Positions 49,560-63,350 of a stretch of DNA of 64,000 nucleotides are shown here, piece by piece (position 1 is the first letter of the stretch; each line of letters begins with the position of its first letter). The notes under the pieces are model-generated. The model did no database searches. It saw only the letters and a program-made list of their open reading frames with translations, and was not told the origin of the DNA. The position numbers and the translations under genes were made by a program. This stretch comes from Eledone cirrhosa (taxonomy: Eukaryota), in contig OZ024741.1 in the NCBI GenBank assembly GCA_964016885.1, forward strand, positions 111,476,001-111,540,000. Reading direction: 5' to 3'.

Positions 49560-52230
49560 TAATAATAGTAATAATAATAAATTTGAAGACTAAAATCCAA
49601 AGAGGGCTCGATAAGGATAAATATATATCAAATATATAAGAACCGTAGAGCAAATATTTATTAAAATAACAGATTAAAGTTTAAGCAAAGAATCGCTGCT
49701 TTCACCCTTAACGGGATCTTCTGAAACTAACAAAGTCAATCTGTAAACGCAGAAGTGGATATTTCAAAAAACGTTGCAACCGGAGGAACACAGGAAACGA
49801 TACTTTGGTTCGTGGAAACGTTCCCTGGCAAAGAACGGGAAAAAACGAATATAATACGTCATTAATAGGAGCAGTGAAAAACAATTACGCGCAAAGACAG
49901 AACCACGTTTATGGTATAAAAGAGGTCGTAGACTAATGTTCTCTTAGGTGGTTCATAGAGACGTTCTCTGGCAATGAACGGGAAAAAACGAAGATAATAC
50001 GTCGTATGTGGAGCGTGGAGAACAATTGCACGCAAAGACAAACCACGTAAATGGTATAGCTGAAGTCGTAGACTAAAATTCTAACTAGGAAACCGAATGA
50101 ATCTCCGCTTCAGAGTTAAGAATAAAGTAAATAAAATACAATAAAGAGGTAAAAGAAATTAAATAAATACATACACGCATGCAAATACGTACATACACAA
50201 GCATACGCGAAAACACTTGCCATAGGTATACAAAACCACGCACATATAAATATGTGTGTGTGTGTGTGTGTGTGTATACCAATAAATAAATAATTAAATA
50301 AACGTATATAAATAAATAAATACGTATATAACAAGCGCACATACATACCTACATGTAAATACATAAATGTTCGGAGACGTAAGTCAACGAAAACATGAAG
50401 TACACATATACACACACCCAACATACGTACGAACTTGCATACTCACACAGACGCAAAACTCCCGTATACACATAACCAAACCATATGTACCAGAATATAT
50501 AAAAAATTATACGCCATAACATATACAATCAAATATACGTACGAGAAAGTATACGTACCTTCACAAAACATACAGGTAATATATACTTACCTATGCAAAT
50601 AAGTAATGGTATAAACAAAACATATACTTAGCTACCACATCAAGACGTAAAATATCCACGTATTGATCGTACTATCCGTTAGGGTATAACGTGGGGCTGT
50701 AATACAGGAAAGTTTTGTGCAATTCATGTTTACAAGCCGAAATTGCCTCAGATTTTTTGTTAAGGATGTGGTCTATGGCGTAGAGTATTTCCAAGGCCTC
50801 AGCGGCGCAGAGGTCACATGGTCTTTTATATCCGTTATACGATCTAGCCCTAGCTAGGATCTCCCAGTGTAACTTATATTGGGTGTGGTTGTCTTTTAGA
50901 CTCCAGATATAAGCTGAAAGTGACGTCATATTCCTGCTTAGAGGGTAACGAAAAGAATGGATATGCATGTAAAGACGCTGCTTGAATCTATTGGCGGTTA
51001 ACCCTATGTAGGCCCTACGGGACGTGGGTGTTTCAACCTTACATTTGTAGACAATGTTACTAGAGAGGCATTTCCCGGATAAGGGGCAATCAACCCGATT
51101 CCTACAATTACAGTTAGTACTAACTACAGGGTTGCACGTGTTCCTACGGCTAGGTAGTTTAGCTAAATTTGAAGCTGTGATGTTATGTGCAAGGTTAGGA
51201 GTCGTAGAGTAAGACATTTTAATAGTATTTCTATTAAAAATTTTACTATATTTATGTGTAGGGGGAAAATGCTTCGTAATAAGGGAAAGAAAGATCTTAG
51301 CTAATGGTGTGGCCACCTCCATATTATATGGTGGGTTATACCAACAAATGCGACGGGATCTATTTCTTCTAGGTCTATTTTCGTACTCAGTATATGCTAC
51401 CTTATCGACAAATCCACTCTGACCAAGAGCTTCATTGTAATAAGTGGAATGGTCGCTGAAAATATGCTCGTTAGTAGATAGACGGGAAAGCCTCAACGAA
51501 ACGTTTCTTACCAGGTTCTTGGTTATGCTGGCAGGATGGTTGGAATGCTTACTTATGTAATTAAGCGTATCATTCGGCTTTCTATACGGGTAATACAACC
51601 CATTCGATAAATTGAGGGTAACATCGAGGTAATTAACGACCGAGAGATTGGCCTCAACCTGTATAGAGAGGTTGAAGCATTTAAAGAAAGCTGTGAGTTC
51701 TTTTCTGAACCTGTCGCAAGCACGAGGTCCGCACTTAGTCATGGTCAAAAGACCATCATCACGGTACAAACCACCGCCCGTGTTGGGGAATTCGTCCTTG
51801 ATAGAGAAAAGAAGGAAAAGGCCGATAAGATCAGTAACCTCCGCAGAATCGCTGGCGCCCATACTCACGTCGAATGGGGTACTATTGGATTTTTTAATCC
51901 AAATAGAGTCGTCGAAATTAATCACCGACTTACGGGCATTGAGGATGACATCAACTTCGAAATCCTTAACCACTGTGAGCGTTTTAGCGAAATTGATAGC
52001 TCTAAGGAGAAGTGGTAAAGTGATGGAGGAGTAGTAATTGTTGATGTCGAATTGGATAAAACGGCAATGTTCTTTGTTGCATATGCCGTTGAACCAATCA
52101 ATCACCGCGAAAGAATTGTTCCACAGTGCAAGAGGGGCCAAACTTCTAATTTCTGGTATAATTCTATCAAGAATCCTTTTACTAAGTCTACCTAAATCGG
52201 ACTTCGTAGGGTTAATAAGCCGAATAAAAT
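49560..52230 (-). mobile_element. 5'-truncated Penelope-like element (YRDD type)
   Basis: Open RT-EN frame plus about 1.1-kb 3' region containing an internal tandem duplication (about 49815-50080). Confidence 0.92.
49678..49728 (-). ncRNA. Hammerhead ribozyme with one core substitution
   Basis: AGTTT-CAGAAGA-TCCC-GTTAA-GGGT-GAAA-GCA-GCGATTCTT-TGC-TT-AAACT. Confidence 0.6.
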
Positions 52231-52237
52231 CAAACAT
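50672..52237 (-). CDS. PLE reverse transcriptase + GIY-YIG endonuclease, uninterrupted but N-terminally truncated
   Basis: RLINPTKSDLG, QFDINNYYSSI, FDVSMGASDSAEV, GGLYRDDGL, NYLDVTL, WYNPPY, CNCR..CPLSGKCL, IVYKC..AYIGLT. Confidence 0.94.
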   Translation of the reverse strand: MFDFIRLINPTKSDLGRLSKRILDRIIPEIRSLAPLALWNNSFAVIDWFNGICNKEHCRFIQFDINNYYSSITLPLLLRAINFAKTLTVVKDFEVDVILNARKSVINFDDSIWIKKSNSTPFDVSMGASDSAEVTDLIGLFLLFSIKDEFPNTGGGLYRDDGLLTMTKCGPRACDRFRKELTAFFKCFNLSIQVEANLSVVNYLDVTLNLSNGLYYPYRKPNDTLNYISKHSNHPASITKNLVRNVSLRLSRLSTNEHIFSDHSTYYNEALGQSGFVDKVAYTEYENRPRRNRSRRICWYNPPYNMEVATPLAKIFLSLITKHFPPTHKYSKIFNRNTIKMSYSTTPNLAHNITASNLAKLPSRRNTCNPVVSTNCNCRNRVDCPLSGKCLSSNIVYKCKVETPTSRRAYIGLTANRFKQRLYMHIHSFRYPLSRNMTSLSAYIWSLKDNHTQYKLHWEILARARSYNGYKRPCDLCAAEALEILYAIDHILNKKSEAISACKHELHKTFLYYSPTLYPNG

Positions 52238-52620
52238 GTAACATTTGACATCGTTTATTATAAATTCTCTGCTATATATATTTCGGTGACAACAATTATT
52301 GGCTGTGACCTCTTCGGGCAGTCCGAATTAATGTGGAAAAGACAGGTAAACATGTTGTTGAAATGTGTTCCACTCTGTCAATACATCGATATGTCCAGCT
52401 CCTGTAGTCCTCTGAGGAACCGGGGAGGACTAACAACACACCCAGGAGCTGGACATATCGATGTATGGACAGAGTGGGACACATTTCAACAACATGTTTA
52501 CCTGTCTTTTCCACATTAATTCGGACTGCCTGAAGAGGTCACAGCCAATAATAGCTGTCACCGAAATATATATAGCAGAGAATTTATAATAAACGAAGCC
52601 AAATTTTACATGTTTGATTT
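52227..52620. mobile_element. Fold-back pLTR insertion with about 160-bp near-perfect arms
   Basis: 52252-52405 is the reverse complement of 52443-52596. Confidence 0.88.
52526..52578 (+). ncRNA. Type I hammerhead ribozyme
   Basis: CTGC-CTGAAGA-GGTCACAGC-CAATAATA-GCTGTCACC-GAAA-TATATA-TA-GCAG; left-arm copy has CCGAAGA. Confidence 0.85.
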
Positions 52621-52727
52621 ACTTATTTTACTCCGGAGTAAACAAACCAACTTGCGTACTTCGTCGAGTGCTCCATTCTGCATACTGAGAGGTGTCGGTA
52701 AACAACCAACATATACTAAAAAGATAT

Positions 52728-52854
<127 letters not shown>

Positions 52855-52890
52855 GTTAAAAGAATAGAGGTGTAACACACAAGTTATTAT

Positions 52891-53287
52891 ATATTGGTAA
52901 ACGGAATAGAAAATGCTGACAAATTGTTCACAGTTGAAAAATGGTTTAATTAGGAATAAAAGAGTATTAGTGATTGTATGGGTTAGTATTCAGTTGTGGT
53001 TTTAAGTTTTTAAGTTTTTACCGGTTGCGCATTTCTAAATGCTTTTCAAAAATAATTTTGAGATAGAGTGTCCGTGCTGTTTGCTCAGATCAGAGCAAAC
53101 AGCACGGACACTCTATCTCAAAATTATTTTTGAAAAGCATTTAGAAATGCGCAACCGGTAAAAACTTAAAAACTTAAAACCACAACTGAATACTAACCCA
53201 TACAATCACTAATACTCTTTTATTCCTAATTAAACCATTTTTCAACTGTGAACAATTTGTCAGCATTTTCTATTCCGTTTACCAATA
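52891..53287. repeat. About 400-bp near-perfect palindrome of a PLE 3' terminus
   Basis: Arms mirror around about 53089; arm resembles 54452-54640. Confidence 0.9.
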
Positions 53288-54166
53288 TATATATATATAT
53301 ATATATACCTTGCCTTGCTTTGTCAGGACACATAGCTGCGAGGATGGAGTGGGTATCTGTGTGTAGCACAAGCACGTGGCATTGCCTTCTTTATGTGTAG
53401 ATATTTCTTCACAAGTCCCACAGCGATGGAGGAGTGGCAACATGTACAGGCATAATCGGTTAGAACCACATAGTCATAAATCTACAGGTGGGTGGCTCGA
53501 GTCTTATCCTAATGTCGCTGGACTGTTAACCTGAACAGGAACATGCTTCGGCAGAGTCTTGAGCATCTGGCAGCCATTTTGGATGACGCACTGCTCACCC
53601 ATACCACATGGGAAGGGTCTAGAAAAGGTGTCCTAAACAAAGTCTGTTCAGTCATTCAACTGGCCAGTAGCCTGCAGTTGTGGTTGGTTCATAATAGTAG
53701 GAAATACGTTGAAGAGATGGCCGTCTTCTGTAAAAATGAGTCAGTTATCATATCGTTACTAACAGCGATCAATTTGGAAATTTCGGCCCTAACTGAGAGA
53801 GTCTCCTGATAAGCTCGGAACCTCGTGGATAATGTAACGATTAGACATTTCCACAAAGTACGAGCGAAACTGTCGACAGTCTGACGGAGAATTTTTGGTA
53901 ACGTTTATCTATATTTTCTTCAAACTTACACTTTGAACTTAGCTCCGTTTAAATGATTATTTGTCTAGTTAATCTCTACGGACTAAGGGGTAAGATTAGG
54001 TAAATTTTATCTGACTTTCTCATAAGGGAATATCTATAACATTTATGTTATTTCTTCAAAGTTACATTTTAAACTTAACTCCGTTTAAATGATTATTTAT
54101 CTAGTTGATTTCTATGGACTAAGAAGAAGAGGTGGGTAAATTTTATCTGATTGTTCTTCAAACGTA

Positions 54167-54251
<85 letters not shown>

Positions 54252-54377
54252 ATATATATGTGTGTGTGTGTGTGTGCATGTATGTGTGTGTGTGTATTCT
54301 GAAATGCAGTCGTCACAAGTGGCTAGAATAATAGTCGATATTAAAAATAATAGTTGAAAATGGAAAACGTCAACCGG

Positions 54378-54451
<74 letters not shown>

Positions 54452-55058
54452 TAGTAAAAAGGAAAAGAAAATGGTGACAAATTTTTCCCAGTGAAAAATA
54501 GTTTAATTAGGAATAAGTATAAATTAGTAATAAGTATTGGTTAGTATTCAGTTTTAGTTTTAAGTTTTTACCGGTTGCACATTTCTAATGCTTTTCAAAA
54601 ATAATTTTGAGATAGAGCGCCCGTGATTTTTGTTCTAATCTGATCAGTTTTGGAAATTCTTCCTGTTTTATGTGAAAAAAGTGGCTCCAGAGGTATTAAG
54701 ATTTGGTTGGTTGTTGAATGTCACGTGAATAAATACTATAAATTTCGCGCCAATTCGTGTTGCAAAAATTCTTGTAGTCAAAACAATTTTGATTGGTCGG
54801 TAGAGGTCACGTGAATGTTAAAAATTGATTTTAGCGCGAACTGGTTTGGCGCCAAATGTAAGTTTGTCGAAGAGTGTCCTTTTTCGATTGATTGAATTGC
54901 AGTCATGTTGAGAAGTCACTGAAAAACATGTCTATTAAGACAAATATGTGTGTGTGTGTGTAGTAAAGAGGTTCGTTGTTGTGATAATGGTCAGTAGGGA
55001 TGTGTGTGTGAGTTGCAGTCATGTTGAAAGGTCAACAGTTCAGGTGTTTATTAACACA

Positions 55059-55146
<88 letters not shown>

Positions 55147-56280
55147 CAGAGTCGTTCGTGGTAGAGGGAATAAATCGGTCAGTAGGAATGTGTGTGTACG
55201 TGTGTAGGGGGTATTTTAACATGTTGAAACATATTTTTCAGCTCTTGTCTTATACGGAGAAGTGTGTGTGTGTGTGTGTGTGTATATGTCTGTTTGTATG
55301 TTAGTGTACGCGTGTGTATGTGTGTGTGTGTGTGTGGATGGACCAGTATTTTTGTGATACTGGTAAAAATGGTGTATATTATTCGATACTTTCAGTCATT
55401 TGTAAAAACGATTCTCTCAAAAGAACATCAAAAACATCAATAATAAAAAAAAGAGGTGAAATGATGTATAGTATTGTCATACCACCAAGGTGTGTGTGAG
55501 TGTCCAGATTGTACGTACTGCAAGGGGAATCCATTAGGCCCTGCCGTGCGGGATACTTGTGTACAAATATCTAATATATGTATTAGATATCTAATATATG
55601 TATTAACTTGCTCAGGTTGTCGAGAACAATACATAGGCCAGACTAAAAACAGCCCCCGCCAACGCATGACTGTCCATAGATCCCAAATTAAAATACGGGA
55701 ATACAGAAAAATACCACTGAGTGAATATATTGATACCTGTGCCGCCCAAAATCACCCCAACTTTAGAATCTTTCCCCTCTACAAATTTAAAGATAATGCC
55801 ACCCACACCCAGCGCATCAGCAAGGAATCTCACTTTATTAACAAATACGGACCCCGTCTAAACACTTCTCCCTAAGACGAACCCACAACATACACACGTC
55901 AACATACATGCCTACACCAGCATACATCCTACATACATTTCTATCCACATATAAACACAATGACATACGTAACCACATGTCCTATGGTGCAACACAAATA
56001 TATACAAATTTGCATACCTTTTGATGTTTATAGATATAAACGTGCCGACACACACACATACACATACGCACACATGTATTGCACATTGATGGGCACATAC
56101 ATATTTGTACACAAGTATCCCACACGGCAGGGCCTAATGGATTCCCCTTGCAGTTTTTTTTGCGTTCAATTTCTGTGTATATTGTCAATTACGATTTTAT
56201 TTGATGTATCATAGCTACAAGTATATATACTTGCGTATAATATCAATATACACACTACATATGCTAGCAGAAAACCATCC
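54452..56280. mobile_element. Rearranged PLE remnant: inverted 3' region plus GIY-YIG fragment (55590-55875, +)
   Basis: LIYVLTCSGCREQYIGQTKNSPRQRMTVHRSQI, close to the EN at 58400-58698; internal inversion 55518-55570 / 56101-56152. Confidence 0.75.
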
Positions 56281-56552
56281 GAAGGGTGGTTTTTCTGCTA
56301 GTATATATAACGAAGGAAGTGTGGTAAGGAGCCAGGTGGACCATAACGCACCAGAGTACTCAATACTTAGGGTAGTAGAGTGGGTAATAGGAAAATGTTC
56401 AAGAGTTCGGCTTGAGCTCTGCCGTCGGGGTCTTGAACATTTTCCTATATATATATATATATATATATATATACTATTAATAATGAGTTCAAATCTCAGG
56501 TAGTCCTTTACAATGAAATAGCCCAAAGAAAGAAGTATTTCTGAGCCGTGTA

Positions 56553-57085
56553 ATACAAGTTAATATAAATTAATATATTTGATAAACACAAATACCAACA
56601 TATCCATGTTTGTATTGTAAATGACTAAGTTAGCTAGATTGAAAAATACTAATTATAATAATACAGTTTGCCTGTCTCGATTTAAAATAATAAATCAATA
56701 AAACAAAGTATATTGGCAAATGGCCGTGGTGCTTGGACAAATTTAAATTTCAAAATCAAACCTGTTCCGTAGACTGGTTTAAATCTTAAAATCCAAATAA
56801 GTTTCGAAAAATGAAAGTGAAAGAATACCGCATTTCTATCTCCTCAGCAAGCACCAGAAAAATTGGTATGTTTCACTTCAAAATATTTAAAAAGACTGTT
56901 TAACGCACATGGTTTTTCACACATTGCCAATATAGTTTGTTTTATTGATTTATTATTTTAAATCGAGACAGGCAAACTGTTTTATTATAATTAGTATTTT
57001 TCAATCTAGCTAACTTAGTCATTTACAATACAAACATGGATATGTTGGTATTTATGTTTATCAAATATATTAATTTATATTAACT

Positions 57086-57090
<5 letters not shown>
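56553..57090. mobile_element. Fold-back pLTR insertion
   Basis: 56553-56707 is the reverse complement of 56936-57090. Confidence 0.85.
56728..56855 (-). ncRNA. Type I hammerhead ribozyme with long stem III
   Basis: GGTGCTTG-CTGAGGA-(stem II)-GAAA-C-(long hairpin)-G-TC-CAAGCACC; perfect 8-bp stem I, GUC site. Confidence 0.85.
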
Positions 57091-57140
<50 letters not shown>

Positions 57141-57144
<4 letters not shown>

Positions 57145-59372
57145 ACAGGGAGAAAAAGACGATTATTAGGAAGAAAAATATATTTTTTCCTTTTTATTTT
57201 TTTCTCTCTTTTTTTCTGGGTTAGAAAATGATTAAAACGAAATATTTTACTTTGTGTGAAGTGTTAAGGTATTAGTTGATTTATTTATTAATTAACAATG
57301 GCATTTATTTATTTATTTATATATTTAATAATTGTCTATTACCGGTTGTTTCAGCAATTTTATGCATTATCAAATGATAATAATATGTATTGGTGTAGAA
57401 TTGTGCTGTTGAACATGTTAAAGAAATGGTGCAGAAAGAATAATGTTATTTACAAACAAGGTTTATGAAGTGAAAAGAAAAAAGAAAAATAGGGACGTAA
57501 TGTGGAACATAATAAGGCAATGTGAAAGGAAAAATAATGTCATCTACAGGCATAGTTTTTGAAGATAAGCAGATCAAAATACGGTAACCACTTCTACCAA
57601 CACATAGAAAAGAACTGGAAGAGATATCTGGACGACTGCTTCATCCTCTGGCATGAAAGTATAGATAGACTGATTGAGTTTAAAACCCTTCTAAATGGAC
57701 TCAACACAAACTTACAATTCACAATGGATTACAGCCATGAACAACTCCCTCTCCTCGACATCCTCATCAAGAAAACAAACAACAAAATAGAAACAGACAT
57801 ATACTACAAACCCACAGACTCCAAACAATACCTTCCATTCGACTCGTGCCACCCTCGACATACCAACATGGCAATTCCTTATAACCTAGCCAGAAGGATC
57901 TGCACAATAGTTTCAGATAAAAACACATGCTACACACTAGAAGCATTAAAAAACACACTTATCAGCAGAAACTACCCACCATCCCTAATCAACAATGGAT
58001 TCCAACGTGCCCCAAAACTCGACATCCAGGAACTCAGACACCCCAAACCCAGGAATGAGCCGCAACAGAAAACTCTACCATACATCTCCACACACAACTC
58101 CCTCAACAATGAGGCATTCGACACCATCCTCCAGAACATTCCTTTACTAAAAAGAGATCCAAGAATGAACAAAATCCTCCAAACACACAACATCATAAAG
58201 AGCAAAAGACAACCTAAATCCATAAAAAACATCCTCACACAAGCCAAAATCCAACAAACCGTCACAATGAACCCTACAGTAACAAAATGCGGAAGGCCTA
58301 ATTGTGGCATATGCATAAATCTAATAGAAGGTTCAACATTCCATTTTAAACAAGGACAACATTTCACAGTTAAACACAACTTTACATGTGCATCTGAAAA
58401 CCTAATCTATGTTTTGACCTGCTCAGGTTGTCAAGAGCACTATATAGGACAGACAAAAAACAGCCTCCGACAACGTATGACCGTCCATAAATCACAAATC
58501 AAAATACAGGAATACAGAAAGATTGCGCTTAGTGAACATATCGCCAATTGTGCACCCATCCAACATCCAAACTTTAAAATTTCCCCCATTTACAAATTCA
58601 TAGACAACGCTACTTTCATCCATCGTACCAATATGGAAACGTATTTCATTAACAAATTCCAACCTCTACTTAATGCACTAAACTTCGGACTAAACTAAAA
58701 CTGGAACGAACAATGAAACATTTACAAATACCAATGTCTCTCTAAAGAGTTACCTCCCTCTCACCTTACCTAATCCTTTTTCTTAAATAAATTAAATACC
58801 ATCCACCATTTCTCTCCCACCCTGAATTACCTTCCCCTGCATATTAACTCTCTAAAAAAAAGGAAATCATATCAAACCCCAGACCACATTTGCCTCCATC
58901 ATGGATCAACTAAGCACTCTTGCTATATTAACACATTTTGATCTGCTTACCTTCAAGAACTATGCCTGTAAATAACATTATTTTTCCTTTCACATTGCCT
59001 TATTATGTTCCACATTACGTCCCTTTTTTTCTTTTTTCTTTTCTCTTCATAAACCTTGTTTGTAAATAACATTATTCTTTCTGCACCATTTCTTTAACAT
59101 GTCCAACACCACCATTGTACACCAATACATATTATTATCATTTGATAATGCATAAAAATGCTGAAACCGGTAATAGACAATTATTAAATATATAAATAAA
59201 TAAATAAATGCCATTGTTAATTAATAAATAAATCAACTAATACCTTAACACTTCACACAAAGTAAAATATTTCGTTTTAATCATTTTCTAACCCAGAAAA
59301 ATAAGAGAGAGAAAAATAAAAAGGAAAAAAAAAAATTTTCTTCCTAATAATCGTCTTTTTCTCCATGTTTTC
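57141..59372 (+). mobile_element. 5'-truncated Penelope-like element with inverted 3' copy at left
   Basis: 57141-57580 is the reverse complement of 58935-59372; degenerate hammerhead TTGATAA..GAAA-CCGG-TA at 59139-59176. Confidence 0.92.
57581..58698 (+). CDS. PLE RT C-terminal half + Cys linker + GIY-YIG endonuclease
   Basis: WKRYLDDCF, LPLLDI, YYKPTDSKQYL, KCGRPNCGIC, LIYVLTCSGCQEHYIGQT; paralogous to 25722-26800. Confidence 0.93.
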
Positions 59373-59421
59373 ACATATATATATATATATATCATAACTA
59401 GTGTGCTTCCTCTCCACATTT

Positions 59422-59521
<100 letters not shown>

Positions 59522-60029
59522 TATATATGTGTGTGTGTGTGTGTATGTATAACATATATATATATGTATAGGAAACTACTCGGCCACATGTTTCTGTTTT
59601 ACATGTAGCTTCATTACTACATGTGTTATGGCTACCATATATTTCAATCAGGTATTAAACAACACTGAAATAATTCAATAGAAAATAATCAAACAAACTT
59701 CTGGAAATGGTGTTGAATATACTGATTTATTCTACACCTATTGCATCCTAAACTTTATTATAAAGGTAATATCAAAGATTAATTAGATTATTACCTTTTC
59801 CTGTGTATGAAAAATCCTATAATATGGTCCTAGATTAGATTGAACATGTCATGACGTGTATGTTGATCATAATGTTTGCTTCCACAAATTTAGCTAGTTA
59901 TTTCTTTACCTTAAGCCTAATTTAAGAGAAGTTGGTTTTATGTATAGATACAAATGAAGTCTATACTCCGCTGGTGATGTCATAATAAGATGGAAACATC
60001 TCTAGAGTTGTCCGACATATTTGCTAAAG

Positions 60030-61020
60030 CAATGGTTTTTGATTTGGGCAAAAGGTCAACAATTTTGGGGAGGGGAAAGTCGTTTAAATCGATCCTAGTA
60101 CGTTACTAGTACTTTATTTTATCGACCTCGTAAGGATGAAAGGGAAAGCTAACCTCGGCGGGATTTGGAATCAGAAGGTAAAAGGTCGTAACTCTATGCC
60201 ACGAAGCATGCTGTTCGACGCTCTACCTATACTACCAATCCACCGCCCTATTATATTTGACTTCGGATAGAATATTTTGCGATATTCATCCCGGCTCACA
60301 GCGCTCTGTGTTCAAATCCCGCCAATGACGACTTTAACTTTCATTCTTTCGGTCTCGATAATTGAAATACCAGTCAAGCATTGTTGTTGATTTCCTCCTC
60401 TCCTCTCTCTATCTGTCAATTGGTTATAGGGAAGGACCAAAAAAGGAGCGTTCATACCACGGCCCAGATAATATTTTCACTACCACACCGGGGACATGAA
60501 AGGAAGAAGAGCCAACATATTTTTAATAGTATTAGTAATTAACTAATATTGTTTTTTCCTCATCACATATTTATCTCTAGTTAGATTTTTAATACTCCGT
60601 GTATTAAGCATGCTTACTGTAAGAGAAATTATTAACGCAATACCATGAATAAACTTACTCAGGACATTTAAAGACAACCTCGATCAGCTGACCCTAAAGT
60701 AGTTCGATACCGCCACCCAGAGATCAATGGGACTAGTATTCAATCGATTGAATACTCGAGCCAATACCTCACATTTGTATAAGAAATGAAAATACATCAA
60801 ATAATGGCTTTCTGATTTAAGGACACAGCGAACAATTTTAGGGTGGGAAGTCGATTAAATCTACCTCAGGGAATTACTGGTATTTTATTTTATCAATCCC
60901 ATTAGGTTGAATGGGAAAGCTAACCTCGGCGGGATTTGAATTTAGAACGTAAAGTGCCGTAATTATATTCCGGAAAGCATGTTGTCTGACGCTCTACCGA
61001 TGCTGCCAATTCATCGCCCC
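60030..61020. mobile_element. Cluster of old tRNA-derived SINE copies (60030-60250 -, about 60260-60390 +, 60805-61020 -)
   Basis: Shared TTTTATC..GATGAA.GGGAAAGCTAACCTCGGCGGGATTTG and B box GTTCAAATCC. Confidence 0.7.
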
Positions 61021-61254
61021 GAAAATACTAAAATAATGCAATAAAATATAACATATACAGATTTCTCATTAGTGTTTGTCTATTTTATTCAATATTATGC
61101 TTAATGATTTTTTTATTTACTTAGTTATTTTTGTACATGCTTGGGGATGATTAGAGGGTCAAGATTCCACGAAGGGGTCGTCGGTCTAAAATGTTTTGGT
61201 TACAACATGGTCAGATTTTCATGCTATCGAATGGAATGGACCACCGTCAATTTT

Positions 61255-61561
61255 GACGGAACCACCCACCTGTGAAATTAACTTGCAAGTGGCTAAGCAT
61301 TCCACAAACACACGTGAATTTAACGTAATTCTCAAAGAAATTCTGCGTGATATAATGTCACAAGTCAGTCCCTTTGAATTATAGGGACACTAGTCTTTCT
61401 GACGGTCTTCCGAACAGTTTCATCTATTCAATTTCTCTCACAAGGCTTGGGTCAACACCAGGTTATGATAAATGACACTTGCCTATGATGTCATGCGGTA
61501 GGATCGAACCCGGGAACTAGTGATTACGAAGCGAACGCCTTAACAGTTCAACCAAAATGCC
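61255..61561 (-). mobile_element. tRNA-derived SINE
   Basis: Minus-strand B box GGGTTCGATCC at about 61501-61511; body similar to 10445-10600. Confidence 0.65.
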
Positions 61562-61799
61562 TGTGAAATACTGTTATCTTGTACCTTATTCGATAACGAA
61601 ACAACACTGCATCATATAGAACGTGCAGACAGGAAGGGCTCAACTATCTAAAAAATTTGGGGATCTGTGATCTGGTATGCCACAGAGTTAGAACATGATC
61701 AGAATTTTATGTTGCATCCTATGCTACAACAACACTATAGCATACCATACCATATATCATATCATAGAGAGTACAATGTTATCCTAGACAAGACTAAGC

Positions 61800-62029
<230 letters not shown>

Positions 62030-62030
62030 A

Positions 62031-62447
62031 TAGTAATAATAAATACAAAGTTCAAAATCCAGAGAGGACTCGGTAAGGCTTGTATATATAAAAGTTTGGT
62101 TTGTGATATAATTTATGTGCACCTGTTTGTAGGTCTAGGTTGACGTTGAGAAAGTTTGCATTAATGATGTTCGTGTCAACTGTAATTTTAAGGACTAGGT
62201 CGCGAAAGGTATGTATCAGGTCTTTATGGAACTTGTCCATATCGTGCTCGTTGCGGTTGTAGGCGAGAGAAAGACCGTCGTCACGGTACAGAATGATGGT
62301 GTGATCGGGATATTTCTGTTTAAGTGTATGGAGAATGTATAATCCAACAAATTTACATATTTCCGCGCTGTCCTATGAATGACCAAACCGAGACGTCAAA
62401 TGAATCTTCTGGGTCGAATTTCTTTACCCAAGCGGTGCCATTGTTGA
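62031..62447 (-). pseudogene. PLE RT fragment (YRDD type) fused to a pLTR tail
   Basis: WVKK..FDVSV..FVGLYIL..LYRDDGL..NFLNVNLDL..YHKPN; 62031-62090 resembles 49560-49630. Confidence 0.8.
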
Positions 62448-62910
62448 ATATATACATACATATATACATATATAGGTAGTACAATGAATTGACAGCTAAC
62501 GCCATCCCACTCCCACAATAAAAAGGAGCTGCTTTCACCTTTGCTTGACCGCACCTATTCCGCGCGCACGTGCGCTCTACAGAATACCTCAGTTACACAC
62601 AAACAGCGGACAACAGAGAGAACGTACCGTTCCTCTCCGACAGATAACCCCCCCCCCCCGGAAAACCCCCCAGTTAATGGATGCGAATCCGAAATATAGG
62701 GACAATTAAGGTAACTCTATCTCGTGTTATTATTTTTATTTTTTACGCTCTTTCCTACGTTCCTCTGCACACTATACATCTCATTCTACATTCCCTTACA
62801 TCTCTCTCTTCATTACCGGATTCTGTTACCCGGAGATTTACCCATCTGCATTGTTGAGACTTCCAAAACGACCAAAAAATACACACATATACACACACAC
62901 ACACATACAC

Positions 62911-62979
<69 letters not shown>

Positions 62980-63217
62980 AGGAAAAAAGATGGAATCGAA
63001 AATGCAACTGGAGTCTTTTTTAAAATATTTATTTGGTTCCTTTACCGGTTTCGCAGTTCTTGTGCTTTTAAAAAGTAGAATTGAGATGGAGGGTTTGTGG
63101 TTTTTCTCCATCTCAATTCTACTTTTGAAAAGCACAAGAACTGCGAAACCGGTAAAGGAACCAAATAAATATTTAAAAAAAGACTCCAGTTGCATTTTCG
63201 GTTTCATCTTTTTTCCT
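62980..63217. repeat. Fold-back pLTR fragment with hammerhead 3' half in both arms
   Basis: About 110-bp arms; GC-GAAA-CCGG-TA-AAGG with the hinge upstream of it. Confidence 0.8.
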
Positions 63218-63260
63218 CGTGTAGGACATCTCGTTTTTTTTCATTTTGTAAAAAAACCTC

Positions 63261-63350
<90 letters not shown>

